64,000 nt of DNA. Source: Planctomycetota bacterium. Lineage in GTDB: Bacteria > Planctomycetota > B15-G4 > JADJEK01. The notes beneath the pieces are model-generated. The model was not told the DNA's origin. It did no database searches and saw nothing but the letters and a program-made list of their open reading frames with translations. Below are positions 19,579 to 27,683 of this stretch, piece by piece. The translations under genes were made by a program, and so were the position numbers. The DNA is taken from assembly GCA_044225365.1 (NCBI GenBank), contig JBGAIQ010000006.1:75874-139873 (forward strand). Reading direction: 5' to 3'. Position 1 is the stretch's first letter. Every line of letters starts with the position of its first letter.

Positions 19579-20433
19579 ATGGAAAACGACGAACTCCGGA
19601 GCGCCTCCCAACACGACGAGTACTGGAAGGACGCCTTCGACCAATTCCTCCCCGAGCTCCTGCGATTCCTCGCGCCCGACGTCGCGGAGGCAATCGACTG
19701 GTCGCGTGGCTTCGTACCCGAGCCGCACGGTCTCGCGCCCGACGCTCTCGAATCGAAGACCGGTACGAAATATCCCGATCGCGTGTATCGCGTCTGGCTC
19801 CACGGCGGCGCGCGCCCGTGCTCCTCCTGCACTTCGTTCGAAGCCGATGGAGAAGCACGGCTTCCCGCTGCGAGTCGCGATCTACCGCATGCGACTGTTC
19901 GTGAAGCACCGCGAGCGGATCTTCACGCTCGCACTGCTCCTCGATGCGGACCCGAAGTATTGCCCGAGCGAATTCTCCGAGGAGATCTTCGGCAACGAGG
20001 TGCGCGTGCCTTCCGCTCCGTAAAGCTCCTCGACCAGCGGCCGCGAGGACGAGCTGGTCGAATCGGGCGATCCGGCGCAAATCCTGGTCGCGACTGATCG
20101 CTGACGATCCGCGAGGACGCGCGAGCTGCGCCTGCTCGAAGCTCGGGCGTGGATCATCGACCCAGCGCACAGGCTCGGTTCTTGATCCAGGGATCATGGT
20201 CGCGATCAAAGTTCTGAGATCGCAGGTTTCATATGCCATTCGTCACGATCTCGGCGCATCGCCTGGCCAGGGGACGCGCTACCGCGAAGGTGCGCCTGCT
20301 TACCAAGCGCGATGACATCGAGCTCGTCACGCTTCGGAAACGTTGTTTCCGGTGCTCGGATTCATCGACGACCTCCGCCGCTTGGACGACCTGCTCGTCC
20401 GTGACTCGCTCATCTTGATCCTAGTCTGATCGG
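19579..20433 (+). pseudogene. Rpn-family putative transposase, copy 2 (frameshifted)
   Basis: It shares the leader and start with copy 1 and retains the N-terminal DEYWKDAFDQFLPELLRFLAPD motif. After WLHGG there are several 1-2 bp indels, and the reading continues in two other frames (FPLRVAIYRMRLFVKHRERIFTLALLLDADPKY then RSVKLLD). The 3' half is heavily degraded. Confidence 0.65.
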
Positions 20434-21053
20434 CGCGATCATCGACGAGCGGGTCGATCCGACGCCGAACGATCTGCGCGCGGGACCGCGAGTTCCACGC
20501 CGAAGTTCTGAGAGTGGAGCAGGAGTTTCATATGCCATTCGTCACGATCTACGAGAAGGAAGCGGAGGAGAGGGGCATTGCCATCGGCGAGGCCCGAGGC
20601 GAGGCTCGAGGCGAAGCCCGAGGCGAAGCCCGAGGCGAAGCGAAGGCGAGCTTGCTTACCAAGCGCGATGACATCGAGCGGATCCTCCAGGCGCGCTTCG
20701 GAAACGTTCCGTCTCCGGTGCTCGACAGCATTCGAGGCATCGACGACCTCCGCCGCTTGGACGACCTGCTCGTCCGTGCCGCGACTCTCGACCCTCGATC
20801 TCGCGGGGCTTCACCGCCGCGCTCGTCCCTACGAGAAGGACCGCCGCGCGGCGAAGCTTCGAAGCGAAGGCGAGCCTGCTTACCAAGCGCGATGACATCG
20901 AGCGGATCCTCCAGGCGCGCTTCGGAAACGTTCCGTTTCCGGTGCTCGACAGCATTCGAGGCATCGACGACCTCCGCCGCTTGGACGACCTGCTCGTCCG
21001 TGCCGCGACCTCCCTCGATCTCGCGGGCTTCACCGCCGCGCTCGCCTGACCGC
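20434..21053 (+). pseudogene. two tandem C-terminal (DUF4351-like) fragments of the Rpn-family gene
   Basis: The sequence EFHAEVLRVEQEFHMPFVTIYEKEAEERG-(EARG)x4-LLTKRDDIERILQARFGNVPSPVLDSIRGIDDLRRLDDLLVRAAT occurs here, and a near-identical 60-codon tail follows immediately (20876-21050). There is no N-terminal nuclease part. Confidence 0.55.
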
Positions 21054-21317
21054 CGCGCGGCGAATTCGACGAGCGGGTCGAATCGGGCGCTCGGGCGCTC
21101 GGGCGCGGATCGGGATCGCGATCGAGCCGATCCGTTACGACCTCCGCGCGCTGTCAAACGTTGGCGCAGCCGCTTCGCAAACTCATCACGAGCCCGTGTG
21201 AGATCGTCCTCCACAAGACGGAGGACGATCTGGAGATCGCCCATGTGGGCTCTCGTTTCGATCCGGATCTGCGTCGCCACCTCGCGATGAAGCGAGTGCT
21301 CGGAGCTCTATCCCGCG

Positions 21318-22508
21318 GTGCCAAGTAAGATCGCGGCGACGGAAGACGCGATGGAAGAGGCGATGGAAGAGGCGATGGAAGAGGCGGCTTTCGCATCGCG
21401 AGACCTCTCGAGGTCGCCTGACACGGGGAGTTCTCCCGCCCGTGTCGATTCTGCGACTGGTAGTCTTCTACGGCCTGCTCATTCCCTCCGAGAACCTCGC
21501 GCCGTGATCCACCCGCCCTACCTCGTCTTCCTCGGCGATGCGAAGGATCCTCTCGCGGCCAAGATGGGCATCGCGTGCGCGCAGTGGGCGCGCGAGAAGT
21601 GCGTAGGACAGATGCGCTTGCCCGGGTGCGCGGCGGATGCCGGGCTGACGGACATCACACTCGACGAAGCCCGAGCGCGCGGCGCGAAGACGTTCGTGCT
21701 CGGCGTCGTCGCGCGCGGCGGGCGACTCTCGCCGCAGTGGAATTCGATCCTCGTCGAAGCGCTCGCCCAAGGCTTCGACGTGGTGAGCGGAATGCACCAG
21801 CGTCTCGCGTCGTTCCCCGAAGTGGCGGCGGCCGCGACTCGCCACGGACGCGCGCTCTTCGACATCCGCCACACCGAGCGGGAGCTTCCGATCGCGACGG
21901 GTCGGAAGCGCAGCGGAAAGCGCCTGCTCACGGTCGGCACCGACTGCTCGTGCGGGAAGATGTTCACCACGCTTTCGATCGAGCGCGCCATGAAGGCGCG
22001 CGGAATGAAGTGCACCTTTCGCGCCACGGGTCAGACGGGAATCCTGATCGCGGGCGACGGCATCGCGATCGATGCCGTCGTCGCCGACTTCATCGCCGGT
22101 GCGGTGGAACTGCTCGCCCCCGACAACGCGGACGATCACTTCGATCTCATCGAAGGGCAGGGCTCGCTGTTCCATCCCTCGTATGCAGGTGTGTCGCTCG
22201 GACTCCTGCACGGTGCGCAGGCGGACGCGCTCGTGCTCTGCCACGAGCCGACGCGCAAGCACATGCGCGGGCTGCCGGGCTACGCGGTGCCGGATCTGAG
22301 ACGATGCCTCGATGCGAATCTCGAGGCCGCGCGGCTCACCGCGCCGCACGTGAAGTGCGTCGGCATCAGCGTCAACTCCTCCGCCCTCGACGCTGCCGCC
22401 ACCGCGCGCATCTGTTCGCAGATCGAGTCCGAGTTCGGTCTGCCCGCGCTCGATCCCGCGAAGCACGACGCGGGTCGATTCCTCGAGTTGCTCGGGAACC
22501 GCGGATGA
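21318..22508 (+). CDS. DUF1611 family protein (DgcN-like putative N-acetyltransferase)
   Basis: The core is LTVGTDCSCGKMFTTLSIERAMKARG...ATGQTGILIAGDGIAIDAVVADFIAGAVE. It sits adjacent to an enolase-superfamily epimerase, as in described DgcN/DgcA pairs (from memory). The start is uncertain, because three in-frame ATGs lie in a 12-bp repeat (MEEA)x3. Confidence 0.7.
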   Translation: MPSKIAATEDAMEEAMEEAMEEAAFASRDLSRSPDTGSSPARVDSATGSLLRPAHSLREPRAVIHPPYLVFLGDAKDPLAAKMGIACAQWAREKCVGQMRLPGCAADAGLTDITLDEARARGAKTFVLGVVARGGRLSPQWNSILVEALAQGFDVVSGMHQRLASFPEVAAAATRHGRALFDIRHTERELPIATGRKRSGKRLLTVGTDCSCGKMFTTLSIERAMKARGMKCTFRATGQTGILIAGDGIAIDAVVADFIAGAVELLAPDNADDHFDLIEGQGSLFHPSYAGVSLGLLHGAQADALVLCHEPTRKHMRGLPGYAVPDLRRCLDANLEAARLTAPHVKCVGISVNSSALDAAATARICSQIESEFGLPALDPAKHDAGRFLELLGNRG

Positions 22509-22515
22509 GCGACCG

Positions 22516-23523
22516 ATGCTGACGATGGCGTCCGAGCGCGTCACGCTACCCCTTCGCGAGCCCTTTGCGATCTCGCGCGGCACCGTGACGCAGATCGCCG
22601 TCGTGCGCGTCACGATGCAGGATGGGAGCGCGCGCGGTCGCGGCGAGTGCCGGCCCTATCCGCGCTACGACGAGACTCCCGAATCGGTGCTCGCCGAGAT
22701 CGAGAGCCAGCGAAAGGCGATCGAGATCGATGAACCCGTCGTCTCACGAAACGATCTTCGCTCGCGTATGAAGGCCGGCGCGGCGCGCAACGCCCTCGAC
22801 TGCGCGCTCGTCGATCTCGAGTGCAAGCGGAGCGGTCGCCGCGCCCACGAACTCCTCGGCCTGCCACCGACCTCGAGCTTCGTGACGGCCTTCACGATCG
22901 GCCTCGGCTCGCCCCAGAGCATGCGCGAGGCGGCGGCGCGCGCCGTGCATCGACCGCTCCTCAAGATCAAGCTCGGCGGCGAGGGCGATCTGCTTCGGGT
23001 TCGCGCGGTTCGCGATGCGGCGCCGCGAGCGACGCTGCTCGTCGATCCGAACGAAGCCTGGGGCCACGGCGAGACGGGGACGACGGCGCGACTCCAATCG
23101 ATGCTCGACGCAATGCGCGACCTCGACGTGAAGCTCGTCGAGCAGCCCCTGCATGCGTCCGCGGATGCTCTTCTGAGAACGGTTCGCCGCAGCGTTCCCG
23201 TCTGCGCGGACGAATCCGTGCATCAGACGGCGGATCTCGCGGAACTGCGCGACCGCTACGACGCCGTGAACGTGAAGTGCGACAAGACCGGCGGGATCAC
23301 CGAAGCGGTCGAACTGGCACGAGAAGCACGACGCCTCGGATTCTCACTCATGGTCGGATGTATGCTCTCGAGCTCTCTCGCGATCGCTCCGGCATCGCTC
23401 CTCACGCCTCTCGCCGATTTCATCGATCTCGATGGCCCCGTATGGTTGCGCGACGACATCGCGGCCGGCCTCGAGTTCACGACGACCGACGTTTCTCCTC
23501 CGACGTCCGCATTGTGGGGCTGA
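22516..23523 (+). CDS. dipeptide epimerase (enolase superfamily, MR/MLE family; L-Ala-D/L-Glu epimerase / DgcA-like)
   Basis: The catalytic motifs are in order: KIKLGG, LLVDPNEAW, LVEQPL, CADES and KCDKTGG. Confidence 0.8.
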   Translation: MLTMASERVTLPLREPFAISRGTVTQIAVVRVTMQDGSARGRGECRPYPRYDETPESVLAEIESQRKAIEIDEPVVSRNDLRSRMKAGAARNALDCALVDLECKRSGRRAHELLGLPPTSSFVTAFTIGLGSPQSMREAAARAVHRPLLKIKLGGEGDLLRVRAVRDAAPRATLLVDPNEAWGHGETGTTARLQSMLDAMRDLDVKLVEQPLHASADALLRTVRRSVPVCADESVHQTADLAELRDRYDAVNVKCDKTGGITEAVELAREARRLGFSLMVGCMLSSSLAIAPASLLTPLADFIDLDGPVWLRDDIAAGLEFTTTDVSPPTSALWG

Positions 23524-23557
23524 AATCGCTCATAGAATCCCGCGTGGAGCCCATCGC

Positions 23558-24637
23558 ATGCGTACGAGCTCGCGCCACACTCGTGCCGGTACATCGCCGG
23601 GCACGCTGATCCCGCTCTCCGGCGGCGATCCGCCCGTCGTGAGGTCGTTCAGCTACGGTCCCGACGGAGCCGTCGAGCCGAAAGGCCTCGACGAGTCGAT
23701 CGCCGAACGCGGCAAGCGCGCGGTGCTGTGGATCAACGTCGATGGCCTCGGCGATCTCGAGACGCTGAAGAAGATCGGCGGCGCGTTCGGGATGAACGAC
23801 CTCTCGCTCGAGGACGTTCTCGCGCTGCATCATCGCGCCAAGATCGACCGCTACGACGGGCATCTGTTCCTACTGCTGCGGATGCCGGAGATCGGTCCCG
23901 ACGGACGCATCGACACCGACCAGATCTCGCTGTTCACGGGCAGCGACTTCGTGCTGAGCTTCCAGCATCAGCACGGCGACTGCTTCGATGTGGTGCGCGA
24001 ACGCATTCGCTCGGGCAAGGGCCGCATTCGGACCTACGGCGCCGGCTACCTGCTGCACGCGCTGCTCGACGCGATCATCGACTCGTACTACCCCGTGCTC
24101 GAGAAGATCGGCGAGCGGATCGACGAGCTCGAAGACACCGTCGTCACGGACTGCCGGCCATCGCTCACTTCGGACATCCATCGCGTGCGGCGCGATCTGC
24201 TCGTGCTGCGTCGCGCGATCTGGCCACTGCGCGAGATCTTGAACGAGCTCGTGCGCGACGAAGACACCGATCCGAAGATCGTCCCGTTCCTGCGCGATTG
24301 CTACGACCACGTCGTCGAGCTCATCGACCTCATCGAGACCTATCGCGATCTCGCGGCAGGCCTCATGGAGGTCTACGTCTCGGTCGTTGGCAATCGGATG
24401 AACGAGATCATGAAGGTGCTCACGATCATCGCGACGATCTTCATCCCGCTCAGCTTCATCGCGAGCGTGTACGGGATGAACTTCGACACGAGCGTTTCGC
24501 CGTTCAACATGCCGGAGCTGCATTGGCGCTACGGATACGTCGCCGTGCTCCTCGTGATGGCGACTGCCGCAGGCGGCATGCTGTACTGGTTCCACAAACG
24601 GGGTTGGCTCGTGGACGCGAAGAGCGAGGACAAGTGA
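23558..24637 (+). CDS. corA: magnesium/cobalt transporter CorA
   Basis: The C-terminus has two TM helices and the YGMNF (GMN) signature. The start is MRTSSRHT (23558). The stop overlaps the start of the downstream gene. Confidence 0.85.
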   Translation: MRTSSRHTRAGTSPGTLIPLSGGDPPVVRSFSYGPDGAVEPKGLDESIAERGKRAVLWINVDGLGDLETLKKIGGAFGMNDLSLEDVLALHHRAKIDRYDGHLFLLLRMPEIGPDGRIDTDQISLFTGSDFVLSFQHQHGDCFDVVRERIRSGKGRIRTYGAGYLLHALLDAIIDSYYPVLEKIGERIDELEDTVVTDCRPSLTSDIHRVRRDLLVLRRAIWPLREILNELVRDEDTDPKIVPFLRDCYDHVVELIDLIETYRDLAAGLMEVYVSVVGNRMNEIMKVLTIIATIFIPLSFIASVYGMNFDTSVSPFNMPELHWRYGYVAVLLVMATAAGGMLYWFHKRGWLVDAKSEDK

Positions 24638-26031
24638 AGAACTCCGATCGACGAAGTTCGAGGTCGCGCGGCACGTCGCGCCGAAACCTCCTGAAGGGCG
24701 CCGCGGGGGCCGCCAGTGTGCTCGCCGCGCCCGGCCTCATGTCGTGCGGAAAGACCGGCAACAAGTCCTACACGGGCGGCCCTCCGAACATCGTGCTGCT
24801 GCTCGCGGACGACTTCGGGATCGATGCCGTGACCTGTTATGGCGCGGAACACACCACGACTCCTCGCATCGACCGCATGGCGAAGGAAGGCCTGCGATTC
24901 GGGAACTGCTATGCGACGCCGCTCTGTTCGCCGTCGCGCGTCGAGCTGCTCACGGGCCTCTATCCGTTCCGCACCGGTTGGACGCGCAACATCCTGCATC
25001 GCGTCGACGATCCCGATCGGACCGATCGGCCAGCGTTCCTCGATCCCTCGACGCATACGTTCGCGACCGAGTTGCGCGCCGCGGGTTACAAGACGTGTGT
25101 CGCCGGGAAATGGCAGCTCTGCTACTTCGACGAATATCCCGACCACTGCAAGCAGCTCGGCTTCGACGAGTACTGCTGTTGGCTCTGGCAGGTGTTCGAC
25201 GCCGAACACAACACGTGGACGCACACGTCGCGTTACTGGTTGCCCGCGATCTACGAGAACGGAGTGCGCAAGCGAGGCATCGTCGGTCGCTACGGACCCG
25301 ACGTCCACTGCGATTACTTGATCGACTTCATGCGACGCAACAAGGAAGGCCCGTTCCTTGCCTATGCGCCGATCGTGCTGCCGCACGAGCCGTATCAGGA
25401 CACTCCCGAACAGGTCGATCCCGCGACGGTCACGACCGAGCCGCAGGAGAACGACACGACGCACTATCGGAACATGGTCACCTACATGGATTCGATCATC
25501 GGTCGAATCCTCGATGCGCTCGTCGAACTCGGAATCGAACGCAACACGCTCGTGTTGTTCACGAGCGACAACGGCACGCCTCCCGACATCACGGTGCGAT
25601 TCCGCGGCGTGACTCGGCAAGGCGCGAAGGGCAAGTTGAGTGAGGCGGGAAGCCGCGTTCCCTTGATCGCGTGGTGGCCCGGCGTGATCGAACCCGGGCG
25701 CGGCACGACCCATCTCGTCGACTTCACCGACTTCATGCCGACGTTCTCGCATCTCGCCACCGGCAAGATCGGCAATCCCGGAGGCAAGAAGCTCGACGGC
25801 CACTCCTTCGTTCCCGTCCTGAAGGGCGCCAAGGTCGGCACTCGCGAGTTCGCGTTCTCGATGCTCGGCGACGCCCGCTTCGTCCGCGGCCCTCAATACA
25901 AGCTCTACGACGACGGCCGGATGTTCGACGTGCTCGCCGACCCGGACGAGCACACCGACCTGGAAAGCGACCCAAAGCTGACCGCTCAGAAGTCGAAGCT
26001 GAAGGATGCCTTCGCCAAGATCACGTCGTAG
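24634..26031 (+). CDS. Cys-type sulfatase (arylsulfatase family), Tat-secreted
   Basis: The GTG start overlaps the corA stop (GTGA). It has a Tat motif (SRRNLLKGAAGA). The sulfatase signature CSPSRVELLTG is present, with a Cys to be converted to formylglycine. An N-terminal ADDFG and a C-terminal SDNG are also present. Confidence 0.8.
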   Translation: MKNSDRRSSRSRGTSRRNLLKGAAGAASVLAAPGLMSCGKTGNKSYTGGPPNIVLLLADDFGIDAVTCYGAEHTTTPRIDRMAKEGLRFGNCYATPLCSPSRVELLTGLYPFRTGWTRNILHRVDDPDRTDRPAFLDPSTHTFATELRAAGYKTCVAGKWQLCYFDEYPDHCKQLGFDEYCCWLWQVFDAEHNTWTHTSRYWLPAIYENGVRKRGIVGRYGPDVHCDYLIDFMRRNKEGPFLAYAPIVLPHEPYQDTPEQVDPATVTTEPQENDTTHYRNMVTYMDSIIGRILDALVELGIERNTLVLFTSDNGTPPDITVRFRGVTRQGAKGKLSEAGSRVPLIAWWPGVIEPGRGTTHLVDFTDFMPTFSHLATGKIGNPGGKKLDGHSFVPVLKGAKVGTREFAFSMLGDARFVRGPQYKLYDDGRMFDVLADPDEHTDLESDPKLTAQKSKLKDAFAKITS

Positions 26032-26066
26032 AGAACGGCGACCGCCGCAGACCGCCGCTTCTTCCG

Positions 26067-26134
26067 TCCGGACCGCCGCGCTCCAGCGCGGCTCTTCTCT
26101 TCCGGACCGCCGCGCTCCAGCGCGGCTCTTCATC
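26067..26134. terminator. tandem pair of GC-rich hairpins followed by T-rich tracts, between convergent genes
   Basis: The 31-nt unit tccggaccgccgcgctccagcgcggctcttc is repeated at 26067 and 26101. Each forms a 7-bp stem (gccgcgc/gcgcggc) with loop tcca, followed by tcttc. Confidence 0.45.
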
Positions 26135-26213
26135 TACCCCGTGCCCCGCCTCGGTGCGCCCCGACCGTCGCGGCGCACGGCAAATCCAACGCCGGGCAGA
26201 CAGCCGTCTGCCC

Positions 26214-27011
26214 CTACGAAATCGTGGGGGTCGACGGCGGCGAGTTGCGCAGCACGATCAACGTCAGCCGCTCAAGGGCCGACTTCCAGAACTGCTTCAT
26301 CCGATTCGCCGCGTCTTCGTCCTTCAGCTTCGAATGCTGAACGGCGACCGAGGCGCGCGTCTCACCTTTCGAAAACAGCATCACCTCGACGGGCGTGTTG
26401 TCGGCCCACGCGAGGCGCAGGCTGCGATCCGGCTGCGCCTTCTTGATCGTCACCGGATCGGAGAGCCATCGCTTGCGGATCGTCTCGTCGAAGAACGCCG
26501 CGTAGATGCGCGACACCGACACTTCGATGATCTTGCTCGCGCCGATCTGGAATCCATCGGGCCGTTCATGCTTCACGCGCAGGCCGCGCGCCTGTTCGTA
26601 CGCGACCGTGATCATCTGACCCCACCAGTCGGGGTTCTTCAGCTCGGGCGCGACGAGGGTCACGATCCCTCGGTGATCGAGCGTCGCAGCGTTCTTGCTA
26701 TCGAGCAGTTCGAACCACTCCGCCCATCCGCGGCCGGTCGCCTTCATCACGGCGTCGTTCGAGATGCCGCCTGCGGACTCGACTGTGGCTTTGGGGGTCG
26801 ACGCGACCGGCGCTTTCTTCGCGGGCTTCGCCGCCTTCGCGGGAGCCGGGGCAGCCTTCGGCGGGCTGGACGGCGCCTTCGGAGCCGCTTTCGCCGCCTT
26901 CTTCACCGGCTTGGAAGTCGCCTTCGGCTTCGCAACGGCTTTCTTCGTCCCCTTCGCGGCAGGCTTTGCCTTGCTGGACGACTTCGCAACGGGCTTCTTC
27001 TTCACGGCCAT
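26214..27011 (-). CDS. histone H1-like Lys/Ala/Pro-rich protein with a conserved C-terminal globular domain (DUF4287/DUF5655-like; assignment uncertain)
   Basis: The N-terminal 90 residues form a KKPVAKSSSKAKPAAKGTKKAVAKPKA... low-complexity region. The C-terminus is GRGWAEWFELLDSKNAATLDHRGIV...WWGQMITVAYEQARGLR. Confidence 0.65.
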   Translation of the reverse strand: MAVKKKPVAKSSSKAKPAAKGTKKAVAKPKATSKPVKKAAKAAPKAPSSPPKAAPAPAKAAKPAKKAPVASTPKATVESAGGISNDAVMKATGRGWAEWFELLDSKNAATLDHRGIVTLVAPELKNPDWWGQMITVAYEQARGLRVKHERPDGFQIGASKIIEVSVSRIYAAFFDETIRKRWLSDPVTIKKAQPDRSLRLAWADNTPVEVMLFSKGETRASVAVQHSKLKDEDAANRMKQFWKSALERLTLIVLRNSPPSTPTIS

Positions 27012-27683
27012 CCGTCAGCTCCTCACCACTCGATCGACTCCAAGAGTCGCGCGCGGCGCTCCTTCCACGGGAGGAGGGCGGGCGAGTCCAAGAGGGGATC
27101 GTCGAAGCGCCCCATCCTAAGCGCTTCGTTCGCGGATTTCGCGGGTCTCGACGGCACTGCGGCGGCATTATTCGCATTCCGTGCAACTTGCGTGACGGCA
27201 GCGCGATCGGATGGGAGCGACGGGATCTCCGCGGCGCGGCGGCGCGGACGATTGGAAGGTCTCCGCAGACGACCATCAACTTCTGCGAAAACGGACTCCG
27301 AGGGGATTCTGGAGCAGACCGAGATCCTGCAGGATCCCGAGTCGGCGCAGGATCACGGGCGCGAGCTCGGGGTGTTCCTCGAGGATGTCACGAAGTCCAT
27401 CCTCCCCTTCCTCCTCCTGGCAGGCGATCGCCAGCGCAACGAGTTGCCGCAGCTCGCCCGACTCGACACGCGCACCCGGGGCGCTGTGCGAGTTGGGCGC
27501 GCGCTGCTGCGCACCATCGTCGGAAGCTGGATCGAGATCGACCATGACGTGCCTGAAGAGGGAACCTTTGCCTCGTGCCGGGACGGCGAATCTGAAAGAG
27601 ATCTACGAATGCCACACGCATGATCCGAGGCGATTCGAGGACGTCCCGGAGTTTCTCCGAAGGAAGGGTAGATTGCGAGAGCG

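Larger units (their letters stand above)
18330..21130 (+). mobile_element. decaying direct tandem array (unit about 1096 bp) of Rpn/YhgA-like (PD-(D/E)XK Transposase_31 + DUF4351) putative transposase genes
   Basis: The leader plus ORF start at 18332-18490 is almost identical to 19428-19586 (offset 1096 bp). Unit 1 is an intact ORF. Unit 2 is frameshifted and degenerate. Two further C-terminal fragments follow at 20434-21053, with a similar spacer after each stop (TGA.CGCCGCGC...ATCGACGAGCGGGTCGA). Confidence 0.75.

Noticed and set aside
18225-19803. Minus-strand ORFs 18225..18722 and 19315..19803 with near-identical protein sequences
   Set aside because: They are antisense translations of the duplicated Rpn leader region. 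Their identity merely reflects the DNA repeat.
20586-21386. Possible CRISPR array suggested by short direct repeats
   Set aside because: The repeats are contiguous 12-bp in-frame microsatellites (EARG and MEEA coding units) with no spacers. No cas genes are present.
23728-26031. 767-aa ORF treated as a single gene
   Set aside because: Its first roughly 900 bp are an alternative frame of corA (Arg-rich). The genuine gene is the sulfatase starting at the GTG at 24634 that overlaps the corA stop.
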